41,328 nt of DNA from Nannocystis sp. SCPEA4 (lineage in GTDB: Bacteria; Myxococcota_A; Polyangia; Nannocystales; Nannocystaceae): assembly GCF_026626685.1 (NCBI RefSeq), contig NZ_JAPNJX010000021.1:1-41328 (forward strand). The letters run 5' to 3'. The translations under genes were made by a program, and so were the position numbers. Numbering within the stretch: position 1 is the first letter of the stretch; each line of letters begins with the position of its first letter. Positions 30,386 to 38,526 of this stretch are shown here, piece by piece. Under the pieces are notes generated by a model, which ran no database searches, had not been told where the DNA came from, and worked only from the letters and a program-made list of their open reading frames with translations.

Positions 30386-31201
30386 TCAAAAACTCAGCCC
30401 GTGGCGCTCGCGCGCAGAGAACAGGCGAACGACGTTGTCGGCGAAACCGAGCCCTCTGTCCAGTAGCAGAATCTGCCCCTTGACCCCGTCCATGAGGCCG
30501 CTGCAGAGGGCCAGCGCCGCGGCCGCGACCTCGTCGGGGTCGATGAACCAGCCCTCCGAGTAGTACTTCTTGCAGAACGGCACGAAGTCGGGCCCGAAGG
30601 TCGCTTCCAGCGATGCAGTCTCGACCGGGTTCGCGCGCAGGATGTTGATGCGAACATCCTCACTGAGCAGATCTGCCGTGAGGTAGCGACAGAAGGTCTC
30701 CATCACGGTCTTGCTCGCGGCGACGAAGTCATAGCCCGGCAGGAAGTACTCGGGCCCGCGCGACGACATTCCCACGGCGTACTTCGGCCAGCGGCCGAAG
30801 GTCTCGCGCACCGCCTGCAGGTAGCCGACGAACGGCCACGCGCTGTAGCCGAGGCTGCGCAGGAACGACTTCTTGTCGAGGTCCTCGTGCGACTTGCTGA
30901 CGTGGGCGAACGACACGTTGCTGATCAGCGCGAACACGGCGTCGTGGTCGCGGCGGATCAGCTGCATCAGCGCCTCGGTGTCCTCGTCCTGCGACGCGTC
31001 GGCCTCGACGATCGTCGGCGCCGGCGCGCCCGCGGCCTCGAACTGCGCGCGCAGCTCGTCCTCGTCGGCCGAGCCCCAGCGGTGCGTGAGGTACACGTGC
31101 GCGCCGTGCTTGCCGAACAGGAGGCCCGTCGCCAGGCCGATGCCCGCCGTCCCGCCGGTGACGATGACGGCCTTGCCCTTGAGATCGTTGCGGAGGATCA
31201 C
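30386..31201 (-). CDS. FabI-like enoyl-[ACP] reductase (SDR family)
   Basis: GKAVIVTGGTAGIGL Rossmann. Y-x6-K dyad (YDFVAASK) typical of FabI-type ER. GTG start with a GGAAGGGA Shine-Dalgarno. The ORF-track N-terminal extension is Arg-rich junk. Confidence 0.7.
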   Translation of the reverse strand: MILRNDLKGKAVIVTGGTAGIGLATGLLFGKHGAHVYLTHRWGSADEDELRAQFEAAGAPAPTIVEADASQDEDTEALMQLIRRDHDAVFALISNVSFAHVSKSHEDLDKKSFLRSLGYSAWPFVGYLQAVRETFGRWPKYAVGMSSRGPEYFLPGYDFVAASKTVMETFCRYLTADLLSEDVRINILRANPVETASLEATFGPDFVPFCKKYYSEGWFIDPDEVAAAALALCSGLMDGVKGQILLLDRGLGFADNVVRLFSARERHGLSF

Positions 31202-32013
31202 GACGCCGTCCCTTCCTTGTCGGTGCCGCCGACGAGGCGGGGCCCGAGCGTGGCGATGTTGTCGACGAACGCGGCCCCGCGGTCGAGCGTCAGCACCTGC
31301 CCGCCCATCGCGTCGAACAGGCCGCTGCACAGCGCGAGCGCGGTGTCGGCGACCTCGTCGACCGTGCACGCGAACTCAGGGAACTTGCCGGCCAGCGCGC
31401 GCTGCTCGGCGGCGAACATCTGCTCGTAGCTCTCGGTCATCACCTGGCGGGTGCGCAGCGCGTTGACGATGCAGCCGTGCTCGTACAGGTGCGTGCTCAT
31501 GTAGCGCACGAACGTCTCGAGCACCGCCTTGGCCACGGCCACGTAGTCGTAGCCCGGGTAGTGGGTGTCGGGGCCGTCGGACGACATCGCCAGGGCGTAG
31601 CGCGGGTAGCGACCGAACGCGGCGTGCAGCGCCTGCAGGTAGCCGACGAACGGCCAGCTCGAGTACTCGAGGCTCTTGTACAGCGCGCGCCGGCTGTGAC
31701 TCATCGGCCCGTCGCCGCGCTGGACCACGCACACGTTGCTGATGAAGGCCCACACGCCGTCGCACTCCTCCTTGAGGCGCGCCGTCAGCTTGTCGGTGTC
31801 CTCCTCGCGCGAGGCGTCGGCCTCGATCACCAGCGGCGCCGGGGCGCCCGCGGCGATGAACCGGGCCCGCAGCGCGTCCTCGTCGGCCGAGCCCCAGCGG
31901 TGCGTCAGCACCGTGCGCGCGCCGTGGCGACCGAACGCGAGCGCGCACGCGAGGCCGATGCCCCGCGTCCCGCCCGTGATCAAGACGACCCTGTCCTTCA
32001 AGTCATGCAGCAA
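31198..32013 (-). CDS. FabI-like enoyl-[ACP] reductase paralog (SDR family)
   Basis: About 45% identical to the downstream paralog (DRVVLITGGTRGIGL; YDYVAVAK). TTG start preceded by GGAGGAAGA. The first codons are rare and contain a CCTGTCC word. Confidence 0.65.
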   Translation of the reverse strand: MLHDLKDRVVLITGGTRGIGLACALAFGRHGARTVLTHRWGSADEDALRARFIAAGAPAPLVIEADASREEDTDKLTARLKEECDGVWAFISNVCVVQRGDGPMSHSRRALYKSLEYSSWPFVGYLQALHAAFGRYPRYALAMSSDGPDTHYPGYDYVAVAKAVLETFVRYMSTHLYEHGCIVNALRTRQVMTESYEQMFAAEQRALAGKFPEFACTVDEVADTALALCSGLFDAMGGQVLTLDRGAAFVDNIATLGPRLVGGTDKEGTAS

Positions 32014-32042
32014 GCGTCTTCCTCCGTTGCCTCGTCCGTGCG

Positions 32043-32816
32043 CTACCCGGAGCCCTTGGCGTAGTTCGTGCGGATCCGCGCCACCGTCTCCGGGTCGGCG
32101 AAGCATACCTCGTGCATCATCGACTCGACCGTGCGCGCCTCCTCGAACGCGCGCCGCCGCGGCAACGCCAGCGCACGCTTGAGCAATAGCAGCGCAGCGC
32201 GCGGCTTGTCGGCGATCCGCGCCGCCATGTCGATCGCCCGCGGCAGCACCTCGGCGCGCGGCACGACCGCGTTGACCTGGCCGCGCCCGGCCAGCTGCTC
32301 GCCGCGGAAGTACTGCCCGCCGAACAGCATCTCGGCCGCGACGTACTCGCCGAACGCGAACTGCAGCAGCCGCGTCGAGCCCATCCCCGGGGTGAAGCCC
32401 AGGTCCATGAAGTTGGCGCCGTAGCGGCTCTCGCGGGCCAGCACGACCATGTCGCAGGCCAGCCCGAACACGAGGCCGCCGCCGACCGCCGGCCCGGCCA
32501 TCGCCGCGACCGTCGGCACCGGCGCCTCGAGCAGCGCCCGCGTCAGCACCAGATCGTACGGCGCGATCGTGCCCTCGGCCAGGCCGAGCAGCACGTCGCG
32601 GTCGCCGCCGGCCGAGAACACCTCGGGCAGCCCCGCGATCACGCACACGCGCACGTCGGCGCGCCGGCCGAGGTCCTCGAGCGCCTGCGTCAGCGCGGCC
32701 GCGAACGCGCGGCTGAACGCGTTCTTGCCCGCCACGTCGCGCATGGTCAGCACCGCCAGCCCCTCGCGCTCGAGCGTCACGTCGACGAGGCTGTCTGTTG
32801 GGACATGCGCGTTCAT
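32043..32816 (-). CDS. enoyl-CoA hydratase/isomerase (crotonase) family protein, ECH of the beta-branching cassette
   Basis: Crotonase fold (VCVIAGLPEVFSAGGD; GPAVGGGLVFGLACD). ATG 32816. Confidence 0.8.
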   Translation of the reverse strand: MNAHVPTDSLVDVTLEREGLAVLTMRDVAGKNAFSRAFAAALTQALEDLGRRADVRVCVIAGLPEVFSAGGDRDVLLGLAEGTIAPYDLVLTRALLEAPVPTVAAMAGPAVGGGLVFGLACDMVVLARESRYGANFMDLGFTPGMGSTRLLQFAFGEYVAAEMLFGGQYFRGEQLAGRGQVNAVVPRAEVLPRAIDMAARIADKPRAALLLLKRALALPRRRAFEEARTVESMMHEVCFADPETVARIRTNYAKGSG

Positions 32817-32835
32817 TCCTGTCCTTTCAGCCTGG
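32791..32835. repeat. repeat-family copy spanning a start codon and RBS (ctgtctgttgggacatgcgcgttcattcctgtcctttcagcctgg)
   Basis: On the minus strand it reads GAAAGGACAGGA-ATG-AACGCGCATGTCCCAACAGACAG, that is RBS + MNAHVPTD. The CCTGTCCTTTC half matches the copy at 3024-3034. Confidence 0.55.
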
Positions 32836-33568
32836 CGAACCACGGCGGCGCTTGCCCGTCGGCCAGCAGGGCGGCCAGCGCCGCCCGCAGTTCGGGGTCC
32901 TCGAGGTCGGCCGCGGTCTGGGCCACCCCGCCCTGCCCGGCCGTCGCGGTGATCCGCTTGAGCGTCGCCACCGCCTGCGGGCGGGCCCGCAGCAGCGAGC
33001 GCATGAGCCCGCGCAGGGCCGTATTCGGCTCGTCCGCGACCACGTCGACGAGCCCCCACGGCTCGGCCTGGGCGGCCGTCACGACCTCGCCGGTAAGCGC
33101 CAGCCGCCGGGTCCGCCGCGCGCCGAGGCGCGCTTCGAGGGCCGGCAGGATCACCGCCGGCACCAGCCCGTAGCGCAGCTCCGGCAGCGCGAACGTGGCC
33201 GCGGGGCCGGCGATCACCAGGTCGCAGGCAGCAGCCAGCCCGACCCCGCCGCCGCTGGCCGCGCCGATGACCACCGCGATCGTCGCCAGCGGCGCGCTCG
33301 CCAGCAGCTCGAGACAGCCGGCGTAGCGCTCCATCGCCACGCGCATCGGCCCCGACCCGGTCTTCAGCGCCGCCGCCAGGTCCATGCCGGCGCAGAACTC
33401 CGCCGCCTCGCTGGCGATCACCAGCGCGCGCGCCGACGCGGCGACCGCCTGCTCGACGGCGTCGGCCAGCGCCGCGATCCCGTCGGGGTCGAGAGCGACA
33501 TGTCCCCCGGGACCTGCCCCGAGGTACAGCCGCCAGATCAGCTCGCCCTCTTCGCAGCGGACGCGCAT
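32813..33568 (-). CDS. enoyl-CoA hydratase/isomerase (crotonase) family protein, second ECH
   Basis: Crotonase fold (FCAGMDL; GAASGGGVGLAAACD). 4-nt overlap with the downstream ECH. The N-terminus contains a repeat copy (GAGPGGHVALDPDG). Confidence 0.75.
   Translation of the reverse strand: MRVRCEEGELIWRLYLGAGPGGHVALDPDGIAALADAVEQAVAASARALVIASEAAEFCAGMDLAAALKTGSGPMRVAMERYAGCLELLASAPLATIAVVIGAASGGGVGLAAACDLVIAGPAATFALPELRYGLVPAVILPALEARLGARRTRRLALTGEVVTAAQAEPWGLVDVVADEPNTALRGLMRSLLRARPQAVATLKRITATAGQGGVAQTAADLEDPELRAALAALLADGQAPPWFARLKGQE
33491..33525. repeat. repeat-family copy inside the CDS (gagagcgacatgtcccccgggacctgccccgaggt)
   Basis: CATG 33499, CTGC 33514. GGGACATGTCCCCC palindromic core. 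Confidence 0.5.
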
Positions 33569-33604
33569 GGCTCAACTCCTGGGCCGAGGGGCGGACGGGC
33601 GCGG

Positions 33605-33630
33605 CATAACATGTCCCTCAGGACAGGCGG
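33605..33630. repeat. repeat-family copy in the 49-bp gap between HMGS and ECH (cataacatgtccctcaggacaggcgg)
   Basis: TGTCCC-TCA-GGACA inverted repeat. The GGACAGG also serves as a Shine-Dalgarno-like sequence for the ECH gene. Confidence 0.5.
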
Positions 33631-34859
33631 TACTCCCGCTGCCAGCCGCGCACCGCGTCGAGGACGAGCCGGCCCTTGCCGGCGTAGGCGCGCTCGTACA
33701 GCCCGCGCAGCCCCGACTGGTCGACCTCGTAGTCGCTCTGATCGATGTAGCCGGCCCGCAGCCGCTCGAGCGCCTCGTACTCGGCGATCGTCAGCGGCAT
33801 GCGGCGGTCGAGGCCGGCGGCGATCCGCTGGCTGGCGACCCGCTCGCGCGCGCGCTCGCCGACGGTCGTGCGGTAGAACTCGGCGCACGAGCCCGAGCCG
33901 TAGGAGAAGATCGACACCTGGTCGCCGGCGTGCAGCTCGGGGTCGGCGTCGATGAGCCCGAGCATGGCGATGAAGGTCGCCGACGTGTAGGTGCCGCCGA
34001 AGCGCGAGTTGTAGCGCAGCGCCGCCTTCGACTTGCGCTCGAAGTGGGCCTTCGCCTCGCGCAGCGACATCTCGTGCGGCCCGCGGCGCAGCAGCGCCCG
34101 GTGGGCGCGGAACGTCATGCCGCCGAACGGCACGTGGTAGATGTGGCGGGCGAACGCGGCGTCGTAGTCGACCATGCCCGAGCGAGCGACGTAGTGGTCG
34201 TACGCGCCCTCGAGCGCGTCGAGGTAGCCGTACAGGCTGGTGTCGGCGTGGCCGACCTCCTTGGTCGACGTCGGCCGGTAGGTGTCGAAGATCTCCTGCG
34301 TCCAGTAGCCGCAGGTGTCGAGGTCGATCTCGAGGACGTCCGGCTCGGCGCTGACCAGCATCGCCGTGGCCGCCGCGCCGAGCACGTACTCCCACGGCTG
34401 CCCGAGGTGCACGCGGCTCTGGTCGGTGCACACCACCAGCGCCTTCTTGCCCGGGGCCGCGCCCGACGCGACCCAGTGGGCCGCCATCATCAGGCCGCCG
34501 GTGCCGCCGTAGCAGGCGTGCTTGGTCTCGAAGTTGCGGCAGTTGGCCGTGAGCCCGCAGTAGCGCTGCACGTAGGTCGAGATCGGCTTGCCGAAGTCGA
34601 CCGACGACTCGGTGCCGACGATCACGAGCTCGATGTCCTTGCGGTCCTCGGGCCCGACGATCTGCAGCGCGGCGTTGACCGCCATCGTCACCGGGTCCTC
34701 CCACGCGGGGTTCAGCGACCGCTCGCTCACCCACAGCTCCTCGAGCGGGTGGCGCGGATCGTGGTCGCGCGCCTCTGCGAGCAGCTTCATGTCGAGCGAG
34801 AGCGTGCACGGGTAGGCCGTGATCCGCTCGATGCCGACGCGCGGCCGGTGGTGCGCCAT
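33618..34859 (-). CDS. hydroxymethylglutaryl-CoA/ACP synthase family (HMGS, PksG/TaC-like beta-branching enzyme)
   Basis: HMGS active-site region NFETKHACYGGTGGLMMAAHWV (catalytic Cys). 413 aa. Thiolase-like fold. Confidence 0.85.
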   Translation of the reverse strand: MAHHRPRVGIERITAYPCTLSLDMKLLAEARDHDPRHPLEELWVSERSLNPAWEDPVTMAVNAALQIVGPEDRKDIELVIVGTESSVDFGKPISTYVQRYCGLTANCRNFETKHACYGGTGGLMMAAHWVASGAAPGKKALVVCTDQSRVHLGQPWEYVLGAAATAMLVSAEPDVLEIDLDTCGYWTQEIFDTYRPTSTKEVGHADTSLYGYLDALEGAYDHYVARSGMVDYDAAFARHIYHVPFGGMTFRAHRALLRRGPHEMSLREAKAHFERKSKAALRYNSRFGGTYTSATFIAMLGLIDADPELHAGDQVSIFSYGSGSCAEFYRTTVGERARERVASQRIAAGLDRRMPLTIAEYEALERLRAGYIDQSDYEVDQSGLRGLYERAYAGKGRLVLDAVRGWQREYRLS

Positions 34860-34872
34860 CGTCTTCCCCCTC

Positions 34873-35616
34873 TCAGTACGTCCAGTCGAGGCCGCCCGTG
34901 ACCGGCACGACCTGACCGTTGATGAAGCTGCCGCCGTCGGCGAGGAACAGCACCACGGCGGCGAGCTCGTCGAGCGTGCCCATGCGGCCCTTGGGCATCG
35001 GGCAGTACTGCTGCCAGTAGTCCTTGGCCGCCTGCGGCATGGTCTCGCGCGTCATGTCGGTGTCGAAGAAGCCGGGCACGACGACGTTGGCGGTGATGCC
35101 CTTGCGCCCGTACTCCTTGGCGAGCGACTGGGTGAAGCCGTGCAGCCCGGCCTTGCTGGCGGCGTAGTTGGCCTGGCCGGCCGCACCGTTGTGCTGGATC
35201 GACGAGATGTTGACGATCCGGCCGAAGCGCGCCGCCAGCATCTGCGACAGGAACGCGCGCACGACGTAGAACGGCCCGTGGAGGTTGGTGGCGATCACGT
35301 CGTGCCACTCCTCGTCGGACATCGAGACCACCAGGTTGGCGCGGTTGATGCCGGCGCAGTTGACCACGACCTCGACGCTGTCGAAATCGTTCAGCACCTC
35401 GTCGGCGACCTCGGCGACCCGCTCGGCGCGGCTGACGTCGAGCGCGTAGCCCTTGCACTTCGCGCCCGGGCGCAGCGCCGCGGCCTCGGCCTCGATCTTG
35501 CGCGCGGCCTCGTCGTTGCTGCGGTAGGCGAACGCGACGTCGTGACCGGCGCGCACCGCCGCGAGCACGATCCCGGCGCCGATCCCCCGCGAACCTCCGG
35601 TGACGAAGAAGTTCAT
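34873..35616 (-). CDS. fabG: 3-oxoacyl-[ACP] reductase
   Basis: MNFFVTGGSRGIGAGIV; NISSIQHNGAAGQANYAASKAG (S-Y-K triad); 247 aa classical SDR. Confidence 0.85.
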   Translation of the reverse strand: MNFFVTGGSRGIGAGIVLAAVRAGHDVAFAYRSNDEAARKIEAEAAALRPGAKCKGYALDVSRAERVAEVADEVLNDFDSVEVVVNCAGINRANLVVSMSDEEWHDVIATNLHGPFYVVRAFLSQMLAARFGRIVNISSIQHNGAAGQANYAASKAGLHGFTQSLAKEYGRKGITANVVVPGFFDTDMTRETMPQAAKDYWQQYCPMPKGRMGTLDELAAVVLFLADGGSFINGQVVPVTGGLDWTY

Positions 35617-35624
35617 GGCGCGGC

Positions 35625-36935
35625 TCACAGGGCGTTCGGGTCCCACCGGCGGTACAGCGCGCAGCAATTGAGGCCGCCGAAGCCGAACGAGTTCTTGACC
35701 ATGAGGTTGATGCGGTGCTCGACCGCCTTGTTGGCGCACACGTCGACGTCGACCTCGGGGTCGAGCTCGTCGATGTTGATCGACGGGTGCAGCACGCCGC
35801 CGCGCATCTGCAGCAGCGCCGCGACCGTCTCGACCGCCGGCGCCGACCAGCAGGTGTGGCCGAGCATCGACTTCGGCGCGTTGATCTTGAGCCGCTTGGC
35901 GTGGTCGCCGAACACCTTGCGGATCGCGTTGAGCTCCGACAGGTCGCCGAGCGGCGTGCTGGTCGCGTGGGCGCAGATGAAGTCGATCTCCTCGGGCCGC
36001 ACCTGCGCGCGCCGCAGCAGGCGCTCGAGCGTGCGCGCCTGGCCCTCGGTCGACGGCGACGGCAGGTGACAGCCGTCCGACGTCGAGGTGCAGCCGAGCA
36101 CCTCGGCGTAGATCGTCGCGCCGCGCTTGAGCGCGTGGCCGAGCTCCTCGAGCACCAGCGCGCCCGCCCCGTGCGACGGCACGAAGCCCTCGCGGCGGGA
36201 GTCGTAGGGCCGGCTGGCCAGCTCGGGCGTGTCGTTGAAGCTTTCGAAGGTGATGGCGCCGAGCAGCGCCATCGCGTGCACGCCCATCTGCGAGAAGTCG
36301 AGCACCGCGCCGACCACCATCGCCATGTCGTGGTCGTGGTGGCGGATCTCGTCGATCGCGTTGCGCAGGGCCACGTTGGCGCTGGCGCACGCGCCACCCA
36401 GCGTGTAGCAGGAGCCCTTCCAGCCCAGCATCTCGCTCACCGATCCGGCGTGGTCGGTGTCGAGCATGTGCAGCGCCGCCATCGAGTCGATGTAGTCGGG
36501 GTCCTCGGTCTGGAAGGTGACGTAGTTGTCGGCGAAGTAGCGCTCGTTGAGGTTGTGGCCGCCGACCAGCACCGCGCAGCGCGTCGGGTCCGCGACCTCG
36601 ACCATGCCGGCGTCGCGCCAGGCGTCGGCGGCGCACAGCACCGACAGCGACGTCGAGAACGGCGCCTTGTTGCACAGGAGGCGCGCCCGCTTGTGCACCT
36701 CGGCCGGCAGCACGTCGCGCAGGCGCGCGAGCTTGGCCTTGACGTCGTACTCCGACAGATCGCCGCCGATCTTCGAGTAGACGCCCTCGTTGTTGTGCCA
36801 CTTCCAGCGCGTGATGGCGGACTTGCCGGCGACGAGGTTGGCGTAGAACGTGTCGAGATCGTCGCCGAGCGGCGTGTTGATACCGAGGCCGGTGATGACC
36901 ACGCGGCGGGGCGATTGTGCCTGCGATGAGACCAT
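35625..36935 (-). CDS. beta-ketoacyl-[ACP] synthase (FabF/FabB-like; active-site Cys retained)
   Basis: GGACASANVAL (Cys), CAHATSTPLGD (His), SMLGHTCWSAP (His). 436 aa. Confidence 0.85.
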   Translation of the reverse strand: MVSSQAQSPRRVVITGLGINTPLGDDLDTFYANLVAGKSAITRWKWHNNEGVYSKIGGDLSEYDVKAKLARLRDVLPAEVHKRARLLCNKAPFSTSLSVLCAADAWRDAGMVEVADPTRCAVLVGGHNLNERYFADNYVTFQTEDPDYIDSMAALHMLDTDHAGSVSEMLGWKGSCYTLGGACASANVALRNAIDEIRHHDHDMAMVVGAVLDFSQMGVHAMALLGAITFESFNDTPELASRPYDSRREGFVPSHGAGALVLEELGHALKRGATIYAEVLGCTSTSDGCHLPSPSTEGQARTLERLLRRAQVRPEEIDFICAHATSTPLGDLSELNAIRKVFGDHAKRLKINAPKSMLGHTCWSAPAVETVAALLQMRGGVLHPSINIDELDPEVDVDVCANKAVEHRINLMVKNSFGFGGLNCCALYRRWDPNAL

Positions 36936-36951
36936 GCGTGCTCTCTGGGGG

Positions 36952-37506
36952 TCAGTCCATCAGGTAGACCTCGAACACCGCGAGGGCCTGGACCTCCTCG
37001 CCGCGGAGGGCCTGACCGACGCAGGTCGAGACGTAGTCGCTGTGCTCGAGCGAGCGGGCGAGCAGCGTCAGCCGGTCGCCCGGGCGGACGCCGCCCTGGA
37101 ACAGGGCGTGGTGGACCTTGAGCAGCCGCAGCCGCGCCGGAGCGTCGGTCGCGTCGATGCGGGCTGTCCCTTTGGCCATGAGGTGCAAGAGACAGATCCC
37201 GAGCTGCCCGATCGCCTCGACCAGCAGCACCCCCGGGTACACCGGGTCGCCGGGGAAGTGGCCGGCGAACACCGCGTCGCCGGCGTCGATCGTGCGCGCG
37301 CCCCGGATCATCCCCGGCTCCTCGGCGCTGCGCGGCAGCTCGACCGCGTCGATCGCGTCGACGAACAGGAACGGGTCGCGGTGCGGCAGCATCCGCTCGA
37401 TGTCCGCGCGGCCGAACTCCACCCGCGTGGAGCCCTCCCCGGGCACGAACACCGGCCGGCGCCGGTGCTGCTTGATCAGCGTGTCGAGGCCGCTCAGCTC
37501 GTCCAC
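36952..37506 (-). CDS. fabZ: 3-hydroxyacyl-[ACP] dehydratase (hotdog fold)
   Basis: LPHRDPFLFVDAI...GHFPGDPVYPGVLLVEAIGQ. GTG start with an AGGAGG Shine-Dalgarno, overlapping the stop of the upstream acyltransferase. The ORF-track N-terminal extension is discarded. Confidence 0.8.
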   Translation of the reverse strand: MDELSGLDTLIKQHRRRPVFVPGEGSTRVEFGRADIERMLPHRDPFLFVDAIDAVELPRSAEEPGMIRGARTIDAGDAVFAGHFPGDPVYPGVLLVEAIGQLGICLLHLMAKGTARIDATDAPARLRLLKVHHALFQGGVRPGDRLTLLARSLEHSDYVSTCVGQALRGEEVQALAVFEVYLMD

Positions 37507-38504
37507 GACGCCTCCTGAGCCTTGTCCTTGCGCGTCGTCGGCGGCAGGTGCTGGCGCAGCGCCGCGAGCACGCCGGCGAGGTGCCCGGGGGCGTCGTCGC
37601 GGCTGTCGGTGGCGTACTTCGGGCGCGTCGACCACTTGCGGTCGAGCAGGTTGTGCAGCACCTGGCGCGGACCGACCTCGACGAACACCGCGCCCGGGTG
37701 GCGCTCGGCGACGCGGTCGATCGACTTGCGCCACAGCACCGGCGTGTGCACGTGCGCCTCGAGCAGGTCGACGAAGTCGGTGCGCGTCGGCGCCGGCACG
37801 AACTCGCCGCGGCGGTTCGGCAGGTACGGCAGCCGCGGCGCGCGGAAGCGGGCCCGCTGCAGGTGCGGCCGCAGAGCCACGCCGACCGGCTCGAACAGCG
37901 ACGAGTGCATCGGCACCTGGCGCTCGATGATCGTCGGCACCACGAAGTGCTCGTCCTCGAGCAGCGTCACCGCGGCCTCGACCGCGGCGGCGTCGCCCGA
38001 CAGCACGTGCTGCTTCGGCGAGTTGAGGTTGACGATCTCGAGCACGCCGAGGCCCTGGCCGCGGATCTGCTCGACCACCTCCTCGAGCGTCTCGAGGTCG
38101 AGCGGCTGGACCGAGGCCATCATCCCGCGCGGGCCGGCGTCGTAGGCCTCGCCGCGGGCCTGGACCAGGCGCAGCGCCTCCGGCAGCTCGAGCGCGCCGA
38201 TGTGCACGAGGTGGTTGTACTCGCCGAGCGACAGCCCCAGCGACAGCTCGGCGTCGACGCCCTCGGCCTGCAGCAGGCTGAGCATCATGTGATTGGCGAC
38301 GAACACCCCGACCTGGACGTCGACGTTGCGATCGAACGCCGTCGGGTTGTCCTCGCTGGTGTGGGCGTTGAGGTCGCGGCCGAGGACGTCGCTGCACACC
38401 GCCAGCACCTCGGCCGCGCGGCGATGCAGCCGGGCCAGCTTGCCGAGCATCCCCGGGTAGCGCGAGCTCTGCCCTGGGAACATGAACACCAGCGTCGTCA
38501 TCAT
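37494..38504 (-). CDS. ACP S-malonyltransferase-like acyltransferase (FabD family)
   Basis: FPGQSS and GLSLGEY (active-site Ser) motifs. 336 aa. Confidence 0.8.
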   Translation of the reverse strand: MMTTLVFMFPGQSSRYPGMLGKLARLHRRAAEVLAVCSDVLGRDLNAHTSEDNPTAFDRNVDVQVGVFVANHMMLSLLQAEGVDAELSLGLSLGEYNHLVHIGALELPEALRLVQARGEAYDAGPRGMMASVQPLDLETLEEVVEQIRGQGLGVLEIVNLNSPKQHVLSGDAAAVEAAVTLLEDEHFVVPTIIERQVPMHSSLFEPVGVALRPHLQRARFRAPRLPYLPNRRGEFVPAPTRTDFVDLLEAHVHTPVLWRKSIDRVAERHPGAVFVEVGPRQVLHNLLDRKWSTRPKYATDSRDDAPGHLAGVLAALRQHLPPTTRKDKAQEASWTS

Positions 38505-38526
38505 CGTGCCCCCTGCCCTGTCCCGC

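Noticed and set aside
31202-32646. long N-terminal extensions of the two FabI-like ORFs and of fabZ (ORF-track starts 31369, 32646, 38397)
   Set aside because: The extensions are Arg/Gly-rich. They overlap the upstream genes in another frame and sit upstream of good Shine-Dalgarno + GTG/TTG starts placed right after the preceding stop.
35625-36935. KS as a decarboxylating KS(S/Q) of a canonical beta-branching cassette
   Set aside because: The active-site Cys is present (GGACASAN), so it is most simply a condensing FabF/FabB-type KS. A decarboxylase-only role is not supported by the sequence.
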